The translations under genes and the position numbers were made by a program. A stretch of 64,000 bases of DNA from Gracilinanus agilis. Lineage: Eukaryota. The stretch is from NCBI RefSeq assembly GCF_016433145.1, contig NC_058132.1:660936475-661000474 (forward strand), given 5' to 3'. This document shows, piece after piece, positions 38,781-51,939 of this stretch (position 1 is its first letter; every line of letters starts with the position of its first letter). The notes under the pieces are model-generated. The model was not told the DNA's origin. It worked only from the letters and a program-made list of their open reading frames with translations, and did not search any database.

Positions 38781-40870
38781 CGTGATGCTTAGTTTTCTCA
38801 TTCAAATCAAGTACACCTTTATTAATAACCTGTCATATACAAGGCATCACAGTATAGGTGAGGGATTCTCCCATAACCAAAGAATCTGTGATATTATCAA
38901 CCTAGAGATTTCCCTGTATGGTGACTCCCTCCACCAATACAGATGGTTGCCTATCAGTTACTTGGTAGGTAAATAAGTTGCCTGGGGCACATAAACTTAA
39001 TGACTAGCCCAGGGTAAGGTGAGGGGGAAACACATATCAATAGAGATGGTGTGATTGAAGGGGTAGATGAAGAAGGTCAAGATATGATCATTGAAATTAT
39101 GTGAAAAAATTAATTTTCAAATTGTTTTATAAACTTTAATTTAATTTAAATTACTGCCTCATCTTCAAAAATAGGAATAGTTAAATTTGAAACTTCAGTC
39201 TAAGAACAGAAGCCTGTCTTTCCATAGGCTCCTTCCTCTTACTCCTGTTACCCCAACAGGCTCATTATTGTTCGCATGATCCCTGGACCTACCTACGCCC
39301 CATTCCTAGCTATAAGCCTCATTCTGGCTTCATTGGATTCCCTGTTGAGCTTGGACCTCATGGTTGGCCAACTCAGTGACACACTGACTACCTGGCTAGA
39401 GGCATTGCCTCCTAGACTTCCCATTGTTCTGGTCTGGTTGATCCAAAACTTTAAAAATGCCTTCTCTGCGTTTTACAAAATCTACTTTCAGGCAGATCTC
39501 AGCTTTCCTGGAAAAGGTCACAAAACCACACTGATTAAGTCTATTGCAGAAGGTTATTCTCTAACTTCACTTGCCTTTTTATTGTTAAGCAATTCTTTGA
39601 TTCATCCTTCATTGACTTCTTATCAGATTAATTTATTTTATTTATTATATATTTATAAAATATGATATTTAACATTTATTAATATTATAATGATAAAATT
39701 GATAATTTCTAATAATGTATTATAGATATAGATTTATATAATATTTATTATATATTAACATTTATATTGATTAACATTTATATATTATTTGCACATTATG
39801 TCCACAAGCACAATAGATGACTACATATACACCCAAATATATTAAACAAATAGTGTTACACGTGCGTGTGTGTGTATAACATTTCTAAAGATAATATTTG
39901 GGAAATAATAAGCTCTCTTTTAGAAATCAGGCTCCTTGAGATCTGAAACCTGATGAGTTTTCTTTATATTATCAGATAATACTATTTACAGTATATAAAT
40001 ATTAAAACTGAATGAAAAAGAAACTGGGTATTCTATGCACTTTGAAGACTAGTAGGCTTTTCGTAAATTCTTGCCTGTTTGCTCATATCCCTCAAATAAA
40101 GTGCATTTAAGTTTCTGTGAAATCTTAGGCCATAAAAGTAATGAATCATTGCCTACTACTTTGCTGTTTTCCAAATTTAATTTTGACCTTTAAATCAAAG
40201 TGTCACTTTTAACAGAAATATTATCCATTTCCCAGAATCGCTAATGTTAGATATGTATTATTTAATTAATAAATAATAATAAAACCCAATTTATGCCTCT
40301 TGAATTAAAATATTATGGATGTTGTGATAAAACTATCCTGAAAGTTGGAAATGGAGAAACTGCTTTCCCAGACATGTGTTGTAGCTCTAAGAATAATAGT
40401 AAGGAAAGAAAGCAGAAAGCAGGACTGAATGGAACAGGGATATCTATACCACCCAAAATATGTTCAGTGAGACTATAGAATATGAATTCAAATCTCCAAT
40501 ATTTTATTCAATTTTAAATTTAAATTTAATTTAAAATTTAATTTAAATTAAAATTTAATTTTAAATATTTTAATATTTTATTCAATCTTTTTCTATGTAT
40601 ATTACAATATCTCATATATGCTATTTTCTTTTATATTTAAATGTTGCATACAGTATAATATAGTATATATTATATTGTATGTGTATGTAACAATGTTTAT
40701 ACATAATGAATACATAATATGTGATATAGCATGAAATATATATTTAAAAAATCAAAACATTAACTTTCCCTGGAGCATCTGACCCCACACTGGTGAATTT
40801 AGATTTTCACAGAAGGACTATTACAAAGTGGAAACATTTAACTTCCTCGGCATCCTAAGGTAACTTCATT

Positions 40871-41831
40871 TGTGGGGGATACACTCCTAGTCACCCCTTA
40901 ACTTTTTAAACCACCTTCTTGTAGCCTTCCATTTTTATAAAACCAGACACACCTAATAATGACATATTAGACCTTAAACACAACAATTTACTTACTAACA
41001 AGATAAAAGGAATAATGGGACCACAAGAGTTCATATAAGACAAATGCTGGCAGAACCCACACGTGAACTTGGGTCACAACCTCCTATGAAATGGACTCCA
41101 TATGTGTAGGGACGAATGGAAATGCACTTAAAGAAAAAATAGGGAGACACATGAAGGAGGAATAGACGTACTCAAGGCAACTTGCACCTGAAGAACTTCA
41201 CATTTCATTATTCTCTGTGTTTCAGAAATTTACCCTAAAGTTCTTGATGTGCATAGCTTCGGTGTTGAACCCATGCATCTACTGGTGAACTTGGTCACTC
41301 AGCTGTATTTGATCTCCATTTCACTGGACATGACACCTAAATCAAACTAGTAAATCGGACTGGTCACTTCTCTAGTTTTCTACTTCCAAGTTCTTCCTCC
41401 GTTTGATTGGGCTAATAATACTCAGCATCAAGTAATTATGCAGATAAAACATGCTCTAAAATCTCTCATCTTTTGGGTCTGGACTTTGGGCATTCTCTAT
41501 GAATGACCTCGCTTTAGCCTATTATTAGTAATCGAATTTATAACTTCTGTCCATTATATATTTCTCCATTTAATGGAAGCATGCTGGTATCCTTAGTTCT
41601 CTAGTCCAGTGATGGTGAACCTTTTAGAGATGAGTACCTGAACCGCAAGCTTCATGCCTTACCCCAAGCAGGGGAGGGAGGAAGTGCTGCCATTGGGCTG
41701 CTGGGCAGAGGGGTGGGTGATGTGAGGCATGTCCTCAGGCATGCGTGGAAGGGGGAAGGGCGGCAGCCCCTGCCCCGGCAAGTACGCCATGGGTTCGCCA
41801 ACACAGCCCTCGTTATTGACCTAAAAGTCCC
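40871..41831. mobile_element. Putative solo LTR (hosting the 41607 MITE)
   Basis: Starts TGTGGGGG and may end gtccCA; imperfect flanks tcatt/ctatt; LTR-like composition. Confidence 0.35.
41607..41806 (+). mobile_element. 200-bp hAT MITE with OC1/OposCharlie-type TIRs
   Basis: TIRs cagtgatggtgaacct / gggttcgccaacacag; degenerate 8-bp TSD ctctagtc / ccctcgtt; GC-rich interior. Confidence 0.85.
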
Positions 41832-42099
41832 ACTATTATTTCAGTAATGTCCTTCATTTGAGTATATTACGCTCATTTTCTCTGGTTCACAACTTGTCAC
41901 ATTCAAAATGAGCAACTGCTGTCTCAGAGTCAAAGGAACTTCTTTGCATCTCTTAGAAATCTGGATGTACTTTCCCGCCCCCAGCAAGAGAACCCTTCAC
42001 TTACCATCTTGCTTTTCTTGTGTATTTATAATAGCTACCATTTATTTAGTGCTTTAAGGATTATAAAGCACTTTATATAAGTTATCTCATTTGCTCACT

Positions 42100-42620
42100 T
42101 ATACTACAGACAATTAAACTATTTCTCTTATGTATGTTTTATGCATACGTATTATGTATATATGCACGTGCATATATATATATGGGCATGTGCCTATATT
42201 AAATACACTATACATATGTATTCACATATAATATATTCACATAATCATTGTTATGGAGCATATTAATATCCTACAAATGTTCTCTTACATATAATTTACT
42301 GTATATGGTTTATTTGGGGTGTTATAATATTTTGAATTTCTATATAATAAATCAATAATATATGTGTGCTTATGTATGCATATATACCTAAACATATACT
42401 GTAATGCTTATCTATGTGTTTATGAAATGTCACATATATACACATGTAGACATATACCATATGTACACACATTACATGCTTGGCAAAAGGCAGAATGATA
42501 CCTGTAAGCTTATGTATGCTTACACAATATGGTCACATGCCATATTAATTCCCACTTGTATAGATGTGGTTTCATAACCATACTTATTTAAAATATATGT
42601 ATATACAAACTTTCAAAAAG
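42100..42620. repeat. TA/TG-rich low-complexity region
   Basis: Degenerate tata/tatg/cata repeats. Confidence 0.75.
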
Positions 42621-43225
42621 ATAGAGAAAAGACAGAGGAAAGAGGAGGGAAGAGAGGGAGAGAGAAAAAAGGAGAGAGAGAGAGAAAGAGAGACACTTTT
42701 AGTGATTTCAGGTGAAAGTGAAAATAAAATCTAATTTCTCAGTTTCATAAGACATGATTTCATGAATCTGGAGGCTTCCTTCATGGATTCAGGGGCACAT
42801 TCCCCTATGATGGCTTAATATCCAACTTCCCTTTCTCTCCATTTATCTTTAGATCAGCCTTTTGAATCAGAGTCTTCTTGAGTTATCTAGAGAAATCCTA
42901 GTAAGATGCTGCCATCAAGTTTGAAGTAGAAATTTCTTACCCTGATTGTTCCTCTTAGCACTTATGCTCTGCTTCTATGGCCTTTAGGAATGACCTATAC
43001 CTTCGTGATATAGTAATATAAAACATCAGAGTAAGACTTTATCCTAGAAGGAGTGACATTGGCTCAAGTATCTAGATAACTCATTAAGACATTTCTGTTG
43101 GAAATGGAAAAAAAGGAATGGTTACCCTCTTCCTGCTAATTAATTAATATCTGGTTCTTTAAAAACAAACTTATAATACACCAACAATTCAAGGAATTAA
43201 GATATATGTATATATCCCCAAATTG

Positions 43226-43229
43226 TCTG

Positions 43230-43279
<50 letters not shown>

Positions 43280-43335
43280 AACCTATCCATTCATCTGTCC
43301 ATCTGTCTATCAATCTATCCATCTATCTATCTGTA
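43226..43335. repeat. (TCTA)n microsatellite with degenerate tail
   Basis: Perfect run to about 43278. Confidence 0.93.
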
Positions 43336-44217
43336 TAAATACATACAAATATGCCCACATATTGTATATACTACCTATAACTATATTTATCCTGTATATG
43401 TATACAACATAAATATAAGGTTAATACATACAAATATGAAGAAAGTAGCTGAATACAAAATGGTTTGGGAGGGAGAAGCCCAATAACTCTGGGGAGAAAA
43501 GAGTTTCTTCATGCAAATAAATAAATAGCACTTAGGCTCGAGAAAATAAAAATGTTATGATAGAAATGGAAAAGCTGTGAACTCAGTGCCCTTCCAAACC
43601 CTTGAAGTTTCAGACCTAGACATACATGTTTCACTCTCTTATCAGGAAAGGAGCATAAACCAATAACTTAGTGGTGTATTCATGAATCTAGCAGGACCTA
43701 CTCTCTTGAGGGAAAAAAACATTCATTTTGGAGGGATTGTGATTGAGTTCTCATGTCTATGTGGGGTTTTTTGACCCAGGATCCAAAGGAGATTGGAATT
43801 CTTTAAGGTCACTGATGCAGGGAGGGATCTTTGATTTTTTTTTAGTCTTAGTCCACTCTCTAAAAGGGTAAGTGGCCTCAGCAGGCAGCACTGGCAAGGA
43901 GTCATATTGCTATCTTTCTTGCCTTAGAGTTCCCTCCTTTGCCAGCTAAGGCCTGGCACCACTGCTGCCCATCTCTGTTATTTCCTTTCTTTGCTCCCCA
44001 ATCCCAAAGTTCCAGTTCACCTCGGAGAGGAATGGTGGGGGGAGGCAGCTACAAAACTTCTGCACTCTCTGTCCCCCATTCTGATAGTGCAATCTTTCTA
44101 AACTTCCCCTGCAAGTCAATCCTCTCTTCTACAGCTCACATACTTTATTCTGATCGGAGACTTTTGTAATCTCCCAAACAGCTAGATCCCTTTCTTTCTA
44201 TATATCTCATAATTAAC

Positions 44218-44492
44218 TTGTTGAGCATTCGTTTCCATTGCATCTGACTCATCATGATCCCCTTTGGGGTTTTCTTGGCAAAGATACTAGAGTGGTTTGC
44301 CATTTCCTTCTCCAGCTCATTTTACAGAGGAGGAAACTGAGGTAACCAGGGTGAACATGTGTGTGCCCAGACAACAAATATGTGCCTGGAGCCATACATC
44401 TGGTAAGTGTCTGGGGCCAGATTTGAACTGAGGAGGACGAGTCTTCCTGATTTGGGGGGCCATCACGCTAACCACTGAGCAACCTATCTGCC
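44218..44492 (-). mobile_element. MAR1 SINE, near full length
   Basis: tttggggttttcttggcaaagatactagagtggtttgccatttccttctccagctc...ccactgagcaacctatctgcc. Confidence 0.88.
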
Positions 44493-46379
44493 TATATAAT
44501 TGACTCTCTTGAATATATTTTTAAGTTATTCACTTCATACTGTTCTTTCTACACATATACTACAATAAAATGGGAGTCTTTTGTGAGTAGAACTTGTATC
44601 ATTGGCTTTATTTTTTTATCTTAGCCCTAATGTCTGGCTCATGATAGGCACTTAAATGCTTGTTAATTGATTGGCTTTTCATAAACAATTTTCTCCTGGA
44701 GTTTATTTATGTTCTTGTTACTTGCCTATCTTAATTAGTCCTTAAGACTTGAGAGTCCTGTGACCCTAGGCCACATACCGAAACTTTATAGGCCTCAGTT
44801 TCCTCATTTCCAAGAAGAGAAAGTTATCTTCTTTGTATCTCTGGGATGTTGCAAAGATCAAAGCAAGAAATTATGAAAAGCATTTTGCAGACCTTGAAAT
44901 GATACAGAAAAGTGAGCTAATATCATATATCTCTGAATCTGCCTCATTTAATTTAACAGTGACAAGAACATTCATTTTATATGTATACAAAAGTGAGTAT
45001 TTTGGAAAGTTTGCTTTGGAAAACCCGGTTAACTTTTCTTCCTCTCTTGGTACATTTGGAAACTTTGGCATTGTCTAAATGAAGCTAGATCAACTCATCC
45101 TCCACCTTTTTCTCTTTTCCCTGAACTGCCAATATTCTGGGCTCTGAATAGCAAGTCAGAAGAGACCATTTATAAATGTGCTATTCTGATTTTGAAAAGC
45201 AGTGCTCTCCCCCCACCCCAACTTTTCAAAGGTTAATTTTATTCGTCACTCAGCAGGTGGGTTGTGTGCATTATTCTAGCTTGTACAGTTCCCTTACATA
45301 ATAGCTTTTGTCTAACACCATTACTTTTCCCACAAAGGATGCAGTTTGGAGGAACAGCCTTTTGTGGAAGTTTTTGTTCTTGGTTGTCTCCAACACTTTA
45401 TATTTCCCAAGTTTATTAAACTGAGAAAAAAACGCATTAGTGTCCTATTCCAGGTCAAGTGCCTTGGAGATGCTAAATGCAGTTATTCTTCAAAGCTGTG
45501 TCTTCATGATCCCTTGTGTACTCTGAAAGTCATCACAAGCAGTGGAGCTAATAATCTGGTAAGTAAAATTGCTTCAAGAACAAGGTCAACTTGGACCAGA
45601 TCTAATGGTGATGACGATGATGACAATGATAATGATACAATACGGTGCCTCTGTCCTGGAATATGCTTGAAAAGAAATTGAATTAACTATTTTGGAATTG
45701 CATCATTATCATAAATAAACTTGTTGCCCATAAATTTCTCAGATATCATATTGATCCTTAGGAATTCAGGAATAATATTTTATATAAAAATCATCACAAA
45801 GAATTCTTATAATATCCAAGCTATGTGAAATGAATAACTTTCAAAACATAGGGATGTAAAAGAAGAAATCAAAATCCAGAAGATATTTTAAGAAGTCCTT
45901 ATTATCTCTGTTATTTTCCCTATTAATGGGATGGTCCCAAAGATATTTCCTTTGAATCTATATAAGTCAAGTTTTAAAGTCTCTAAAATTTATTCAATTA
46001 TAGAAAACTTGCTTTATTCATCTTTCAATGGTCCATAGAACATTCAATAAAAAAGAAGACTATCAGGATAATGAGTAGCCTCAGGGTCATTTTTCCTAAA
46101 TTACATTAAAAACATCAAAAGAATATAATTTTAAAATAAAGTATCTAGCATTTATAGAATATGTTATGGTTTTAAAAGTTTTTAATATACATTATTATTT
46201 TGTCCCATCACTCTCCTTTTTCTCAGTCATATTTTAGGTAAACCAAATAGTTTGACCAATTATATTCTTCCAAGATAGGTTTCCATGTTTGCTATTTGAT
46301 GGTCTTATGGTAAGGATATATGACTAGGGAGAGTAATGCAAATGTCAGGACAATTCAACCCATATAGTTATCTCTTAGC

Positions 46380-46610
46380 TAGCAGATTTGGGATAGAGAT
46401 AAGATATAGATCAGCATTTTCCTTGTTATAAAGAATTCCCAATTGGAGAAACTTTTTACCAGTGAATGTCAGTACCTTCTGTTTTTCCTAGAGTACTGAA
46501 TGCTTTACATACTTGACCAGAGTCACTCAGCTGCCTGATGTATCATTGACAGAACTTAACTCCAGGTTTCCTGGTCTGGAGTCTGGCTTTCTTTCCATTA
46601 TACCATGATT
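46380..46610. mobile_element. Old marsupial SINE (WALLSI-like) fragment
   Basis: aaagaattcccaattggagaaactttttaccagtg...cagagtcactcagc...tccaggtttcctg. Confidence 0.45.
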
Positions 46611-47139
46611 TCTCCTAAACCATTGAAAATCAGTGTTGCACAATTGGTAGAAAACTGTCTTCAAGAACAGTGTAGCCCATGTTTAAGTGTAATCTCATCT
46701 CTGACACATCCTGCCCATGTAACTCTGGGAAAGTGGTTCCAGGAACCTGGTTCTATCTGTATAAATTACAGAAAGTTGCTGATCTTTATCTATGGAGAAC
46801 CTTTGCATAAGGGTACATAAGAGAATGGATGAAAGCTCAGATCTCTTCATTCCCCAAACAAAACCAAACTAAAACAACCATAACAATTAACAACAACAAA
46901 CTTGGCCAATTACTGAATATTTAACCCTATAGTCATACCCCTCCCAATGCACTTAGATCTCAGTGAAATAGAACAACTAAATAACATTTTGGGAATTTGG
47001 ACAGGAACCACAGTTAAAAGATGCAGCTGATCTCCCCTCATGCCTGCTTAAGCTCCTGAGCACCAAAAATTGTTATTAATCCAAGAAAGTAAATAGATAT
47101 GGCTATGATGGCAAGAAATCACATACACAAGACATCAAT

Positions 47140-47460
47140 TTAATTTAAGGAACTCAATAAACATTTAATAAAGGTGAAATAATTTTTGCCTTCAAGGAGT
47201 TCTCATTTCTTTGTGGAGGTGTACTATGTAGGCACAAAATGTCAAGAATGGAATTTCAGGAGGGAGACAGTAATGAGGATTGTTGACAGACCAATAAAGA
47301 TGTTCTTGAAGGAAGTGACTCATCCCTGAGTATCAAAGGAAACTAAAAGGAGGAGGTAGAGAGGAAGTGCATTCCAGGCATGGGCGACAGCTTAAACAAT
47401 GACATGGAAAAGGAGATGAGGTTATAGGTAGATGCTAACTTGTTTATAGTACATCAACAT
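47140..47460 (-). mobile_element. L2 fragment
   Basis: ccttcaaggagttctcatt...aggaagtgcattccaggcatggg. Confidence 0.6.
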
Positions 47461-48887
47461 TTGTAAGACATTAGTATTTGTAAGAACTATTTGATCTTCT
47501 TAACTCTATGAGGTAGACACTTTATAAAGGAGAGAAGAGATCCTGCTCATTGAGGTTAAAGAACGTGACTATAGACCAACAATTAAACAGATTAAAGAAA
47601 ACATTCAAGTTCAGGTCTCTCCTGACTCTCTCCATTACCAAATGCTTCTATTTACCAAAAATAAAGTAATTAAATAAAAATAAAATAATTCATTCTAAAA
47701 GTAGTCAACATTAGCCAAACTCTGCCTTTAACTTACTTTTGCAAAACTTTTTTATAGTTTCCATTGTGATAATTTATATATACACACATATATGTATATA
47801 TGTGTATATATAAATTACCTAAGGTTAGTATTTTTAAAGTCTATGTGCTGATGTTTTATATATATGAATACATATACATATATGTATATACATGAAATGT
47901 ACATATATATGTAAATGTTTATTTGGTGACTTCATGAAAAACATATTGTGAAAGTCTTCTTGTTGAAATTTTCAGTCAGATATAATGTCATGGCAATAGC
48001 TAGCATGAAAAAAAGTCTCAAAATAAATGTGTGTTGTATTTGCTTCAGCCCAAACAAAATTCAGACATAGACCAGCAAGTCATGAAAAGCTGTATGCCAA
48101 GGAAGAGATTAGTTCATGGAAGCAAATCCATTAAGTTCTTGTGAGAAACAAAACAAAGCTCAAGAACAAGAAAATAGGGCTCTGGAACAGGGTACGGAAT
48201 TTTCTTTTCATTATCTCTTGGATTGGCTGTTGGAGCCATTGGCACAGTTTGAATTTTTAGAGTAGGTAATGAGTGCCAAAACTGGCACATTGTTCACCAT
48301 AGAAAGCAATAAATAAACATTTATATTGGCTTCCAAAAATCTTCTTTGAGCTGTAACTTAATTTGTTCATTTCCTCTTGCCCTTGAAAACTATCAGATGG
48401 ACCTTTTCCTTCTACAGCATAATTTTATTTGTAAAGATCTTTTATATTATGGATATGGATAAATGAGAAGATATAGATAACCCAAATGAAAACTTCTTTC
48501 AAAATGCTTTATTTATGTCTCATTCTTGACCCAGAGTCCACCATCTCTCAAGATTGGTTATTGAATTCAACTGAGTTCAGTTGCTTTGTAAAATTGTTTT
48601 CTGTATAAGGTGATCATTATGTTTATTGTTCTCTTGGACCTGCTTACCTCATTCTGTGGGTTTAGCATTTCACTGAATTCTTCATATTCATCATTTTTAT
48701 GGTAGGATAATATCCATTGTATTTATATGCCATAATTTGTTTATCCATTCACTAATTCCCAAGTACCCACTGTGTTTAATTTTTCCAATTAATAATTCTT
48801 ACCCATTTATTTGAAATGAAGTTTCTTTGGGCAGCAGAACAAAAAGACATTGGATGAGGGCAGAGTTTTGGTTAAAATATAATTTTT

Positions 48888-49064
48888 TTTAACCCTTGTA
48901 CTTCGGTGTATTGTCTCATAGGTGGAAGAGGGGTAAGAGTAGGCAATGGGGATCAAGTGACTTGCCCAGGGTCACACAGCTGGGAAGTGGCTGAGGCCGG
49001 GTTTGAACCTAGGACCTCCTGTCTCAAGGCCTGACTCTCACTCCACTGAGCTACCCAGCTGCCC
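48888..49064 (-). mobile_element. SINE1_Mdo-like SINE with 14-bp TSD
   Basis: Near-consensus body; TSD aaaatataattttt at 48874-48887 and 49065-49078. Confidence 0.93.
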
Positions 49065-49834
49065 AAAATATAATTTTTCAAAGAAATTTTAAAAAGTCAG
49101 AATGAAGCATTATTATAGAAAGCATACATGTGTAAAGAAATGAAAGATCAGAAAGGAAAGACTGTGTGACCTTCAGCTTCAGAATAATAGATTTATTGTA
49201 GGCACAAATCAATTATTCTCTCAATGGGTAGCTAGCAGGGCCAGTTCTATAGCAGGAAAAGTAGATAACCATCTAGCAATATGATTCCAAAGGTATAAAG
49301 AAGTTATCAACCTCCTCTCCCTTCTCCCATCCTCCATCTCCTGTCTTGGGGTTTGAAATTATACCCTTTAGAAATTTATTTCTCTGATTGGTGGGGAATT
49401 TCAGTCTTCTAAAAATCTTCATTTAAGAAGCAAATACAACTTTATCACTTGCTTCATTCTATCTTAAGATTTTTCTGAGAGCAAAACATTTTAGGAATAT
49501 GACACAAGATGTGTGCCTGCAAAAGAATATTTTGAGGGAAAAATATCAGAAACAATCACTAAAAGTGGAGGTCTTTGGAAAACATACAAGACCATCCTTG
49601 CCAAACTCATCGTTTTGCCTAAAGCAGCCTTCCTAACTTATATTATCTAGCTTTGTCTTTTATTATTGTAGAGAGAATGCACCTGTGAGAAGAATCAATA
49701 AAATCTTCTCTTTCTGAAGCCAGGGAGCAAGACCAGGTAATCTCTTGAGGTCCTTTATAATAGCAAGCCCAGTGATTGTGGAAATTCTCAAAGTTGGCCA
49801 TTTTGTTGGTGAAGGGACTTTGCTACAGGCATAC

Positions 49835-50043
49835 ATTATTATTATTTTAAAAATCTTTACCTTCTGTCTTAGAATCAACACTGCGTATTCATTCCAAGGC
49901 AAAAGAGCAGTAAGGGCTAGGCAATCGGACTTATGTGATTTGCCTCAGTTTACACAGCGAGGAAGTGTCTGAGGTCAGATTTGAACCCAGTTTTGAACCA
50001 AATCTAGGTCTGGCTCTCAATCCACTGAGCCACCTACCTGCCC
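49835..50043 (-). mobile_element. Opossum SINE (older copy)
   Basis: ctttaccttctgtcttagaatc...ggctctcaatccactgagccacctacctgccc. Confidence 0.85.
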
Positions 50044-50089
50044 TCTAAATACATCTCTTATGTATTTAGAGAAGAAGCTGTTCTTTTAC

Positions 50090-50455
50090 AAATTTCAAGA
50101 CATTCTAAGCTGAGCCTTGATTCGCGAGGGCAAAGAGAAATATGGACCACAAACATGGTTTGGTAGCATCACTGATTCCTTAGCTTCCTTCAAAGAATGG
50201 CCCAAAGGTCACTTCTTACACGAGGGAGACCTTCCTTCATCCCAAGAGATGCTAATGTTTTCTTCCCACCACATGTATCCGTTTGCTTGTCTAATTCATC
50301 TCTATGATGGTTCAGATGTGTGCATGTTGCCTCCTCAACTAAATAGAAGCTCCTGGAGGCAGGGACTCTTCCCATTCTTATATTTTTGTCTCTAGTCCTG
50401 AGTATGGTGTCTAGCATATAAGAATCATTCAATAAATGCATATTGATTAATTGAA
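50090..50455 (+). mobile_element. L2 3' end
   Basis: aagctcctggaggcagggact...aataaatgcatattgattaattga. Confidence 0.7.
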
Positions 50456-51421
50456 AAAGAGTTGCCTTTTGAGTTTCAATTCCATCATGGCTGCTCCCTT
50501 CCTGATCATCATCTGTTCAGATGGTATTTATTCAGAGAAGTGCATCTCTGAATAGGAACTCAATTTGGAATTTCCTTCAAGTTTCCTTCAGTAGTTCTGG
50601 GTGAGGATGTTGGGAACTTTCCCAAGAAAATATCTAGTGGGTTATCCACAGGGTTGTATTGTTGGTGTTGCTTTGTCTTTGTTTTCAAAGAGGACTGATG
50701 GCATCATGGAGGGATGGAATGACTTGCATGTGAATTGGACTTTAGTGAGGAGGAGTTGCACAAAGTCATCGGTATCCTAGAAAGAGGAGAAGAGTCAAAA
50801 CTCAAATATTTCCATTTTGTGACTCAGGAGTCATCACAACTCAAAATGGAAAATTTTAGAAGGGAAAATCAAAACTTTTGGCAAATGAGTTTATTGAATA
50901 TTCTGGGACTGTCATTTCTTAGTGTTTTCTTAGCTATTGTTCTAGTTAGAGGTTTGATTGTAAGATTGGTTGACTCTTGGCACTTTGGATTTCTTGGCTG
51001 TCTCTGGGTTTTCCTGTGTTCATAGGACTTTAGGATTGGTAGGTACCTTGGGGCCTGGATAGAAATAGACAATATATGAAAAGATAGAAATTTTTCCTTA
51101 TATTTTCCCCAAACTCCAATTTCTTCCCTTTCTCTTTACTAGGCTGTCTGCCTTCTCTTTGATATTTGTCTGGCTTTTCAAGTTATTTCCCAAAAGATGG
51201 AGCCGAAAAATGAACAAGGCACTGTAGATGTGGCCTGACTTGGAAAGAGTAGAGAGGACCTCTCATCTCCTTGATCTTGGACGTAGTAATTTCTCACTGT
51301 AGTCAAAGACCAAATTTACAATTTTTTGACTGCTGTGTTGAGACATTTTTCAGATAAGTTGCTATCTGTGTACATGTTTCCTGTGTAGTCAGCCATAGGC
51401 TAATGTATACATAATCTAGAT

Positions 51422-51462
51422 CAGTGATTCCCAAAGTGGGTGCCACTGCCCCCTGGTGGGTG
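51422..51462 (+). mobile_element. 41-bp terminal fragment of the same hAT MITE family as 30822-31014
   Basis: cagtgattcccaaagtgggtgccactgccccctggtgggtg matches the reverse complement of about 30975-31014; left flank atctagat fits the NTCTAGAN target consensus. Confidence 0.85.
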
Positions 51463-51939
51463 TTTTAAATTTGAGTTCAACAAGTTGACTGCAAAAAAAA
51501 AAAAAGATGAGAGAGGCATGTGTTAGAGAGTAGATAGGGGGGTTTCAGTGGACAACTTTTACAATATGAGTCAATATGGTAACAAATCATAAAGTCAGTG
51601 AACAAGCACATATTAGTGCCTACAGTTGTCAGGCACACTTCTGATTATAAGGGATGCCAACCCACCAATGTACCATAACCAAAAATAATGTTTCTGTTCT
51701 TAAGGAGCTTGCACTCCTATAGGGGAGAAGACTTGCCAAAAATGTATATAGAAGATAAATGCCGGGTTAGATAGAGAAGAGGCTGGTAGTGGGGGCACGG
51801 TTGTCAAGAACCTTCTATAATGTAGAATTTGAGCTGATTCTTGAAGTAAGTCATGAACACCAAGAGACAGAATTGATAAGGAAGAGCATTTCTAGCATGG
51901 GGGAATGGGAGGAAGGCACGGAAAGAAATATGTGAAAAT

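Noticed and set aside
39276-39665. 129-aa plus-strand ORF
   Set aside because: No recognisable protein; it ends in AT-rich low complexity and may be degraded L2-like sequence.
43206-43486. ORFs with IYLS/SIYL repeats
   Set aside because: They are (TCTA)n translations.
23913-45558. Plus-strand phase-consistent chain (23913-23955, 25094-25148, 31899-31961, 45454-45558)
   Set aside because: It is as easy to assemble as the minus-strand chain, which shows such chains arise from decoy exons. The joined peptide is unrecognised.
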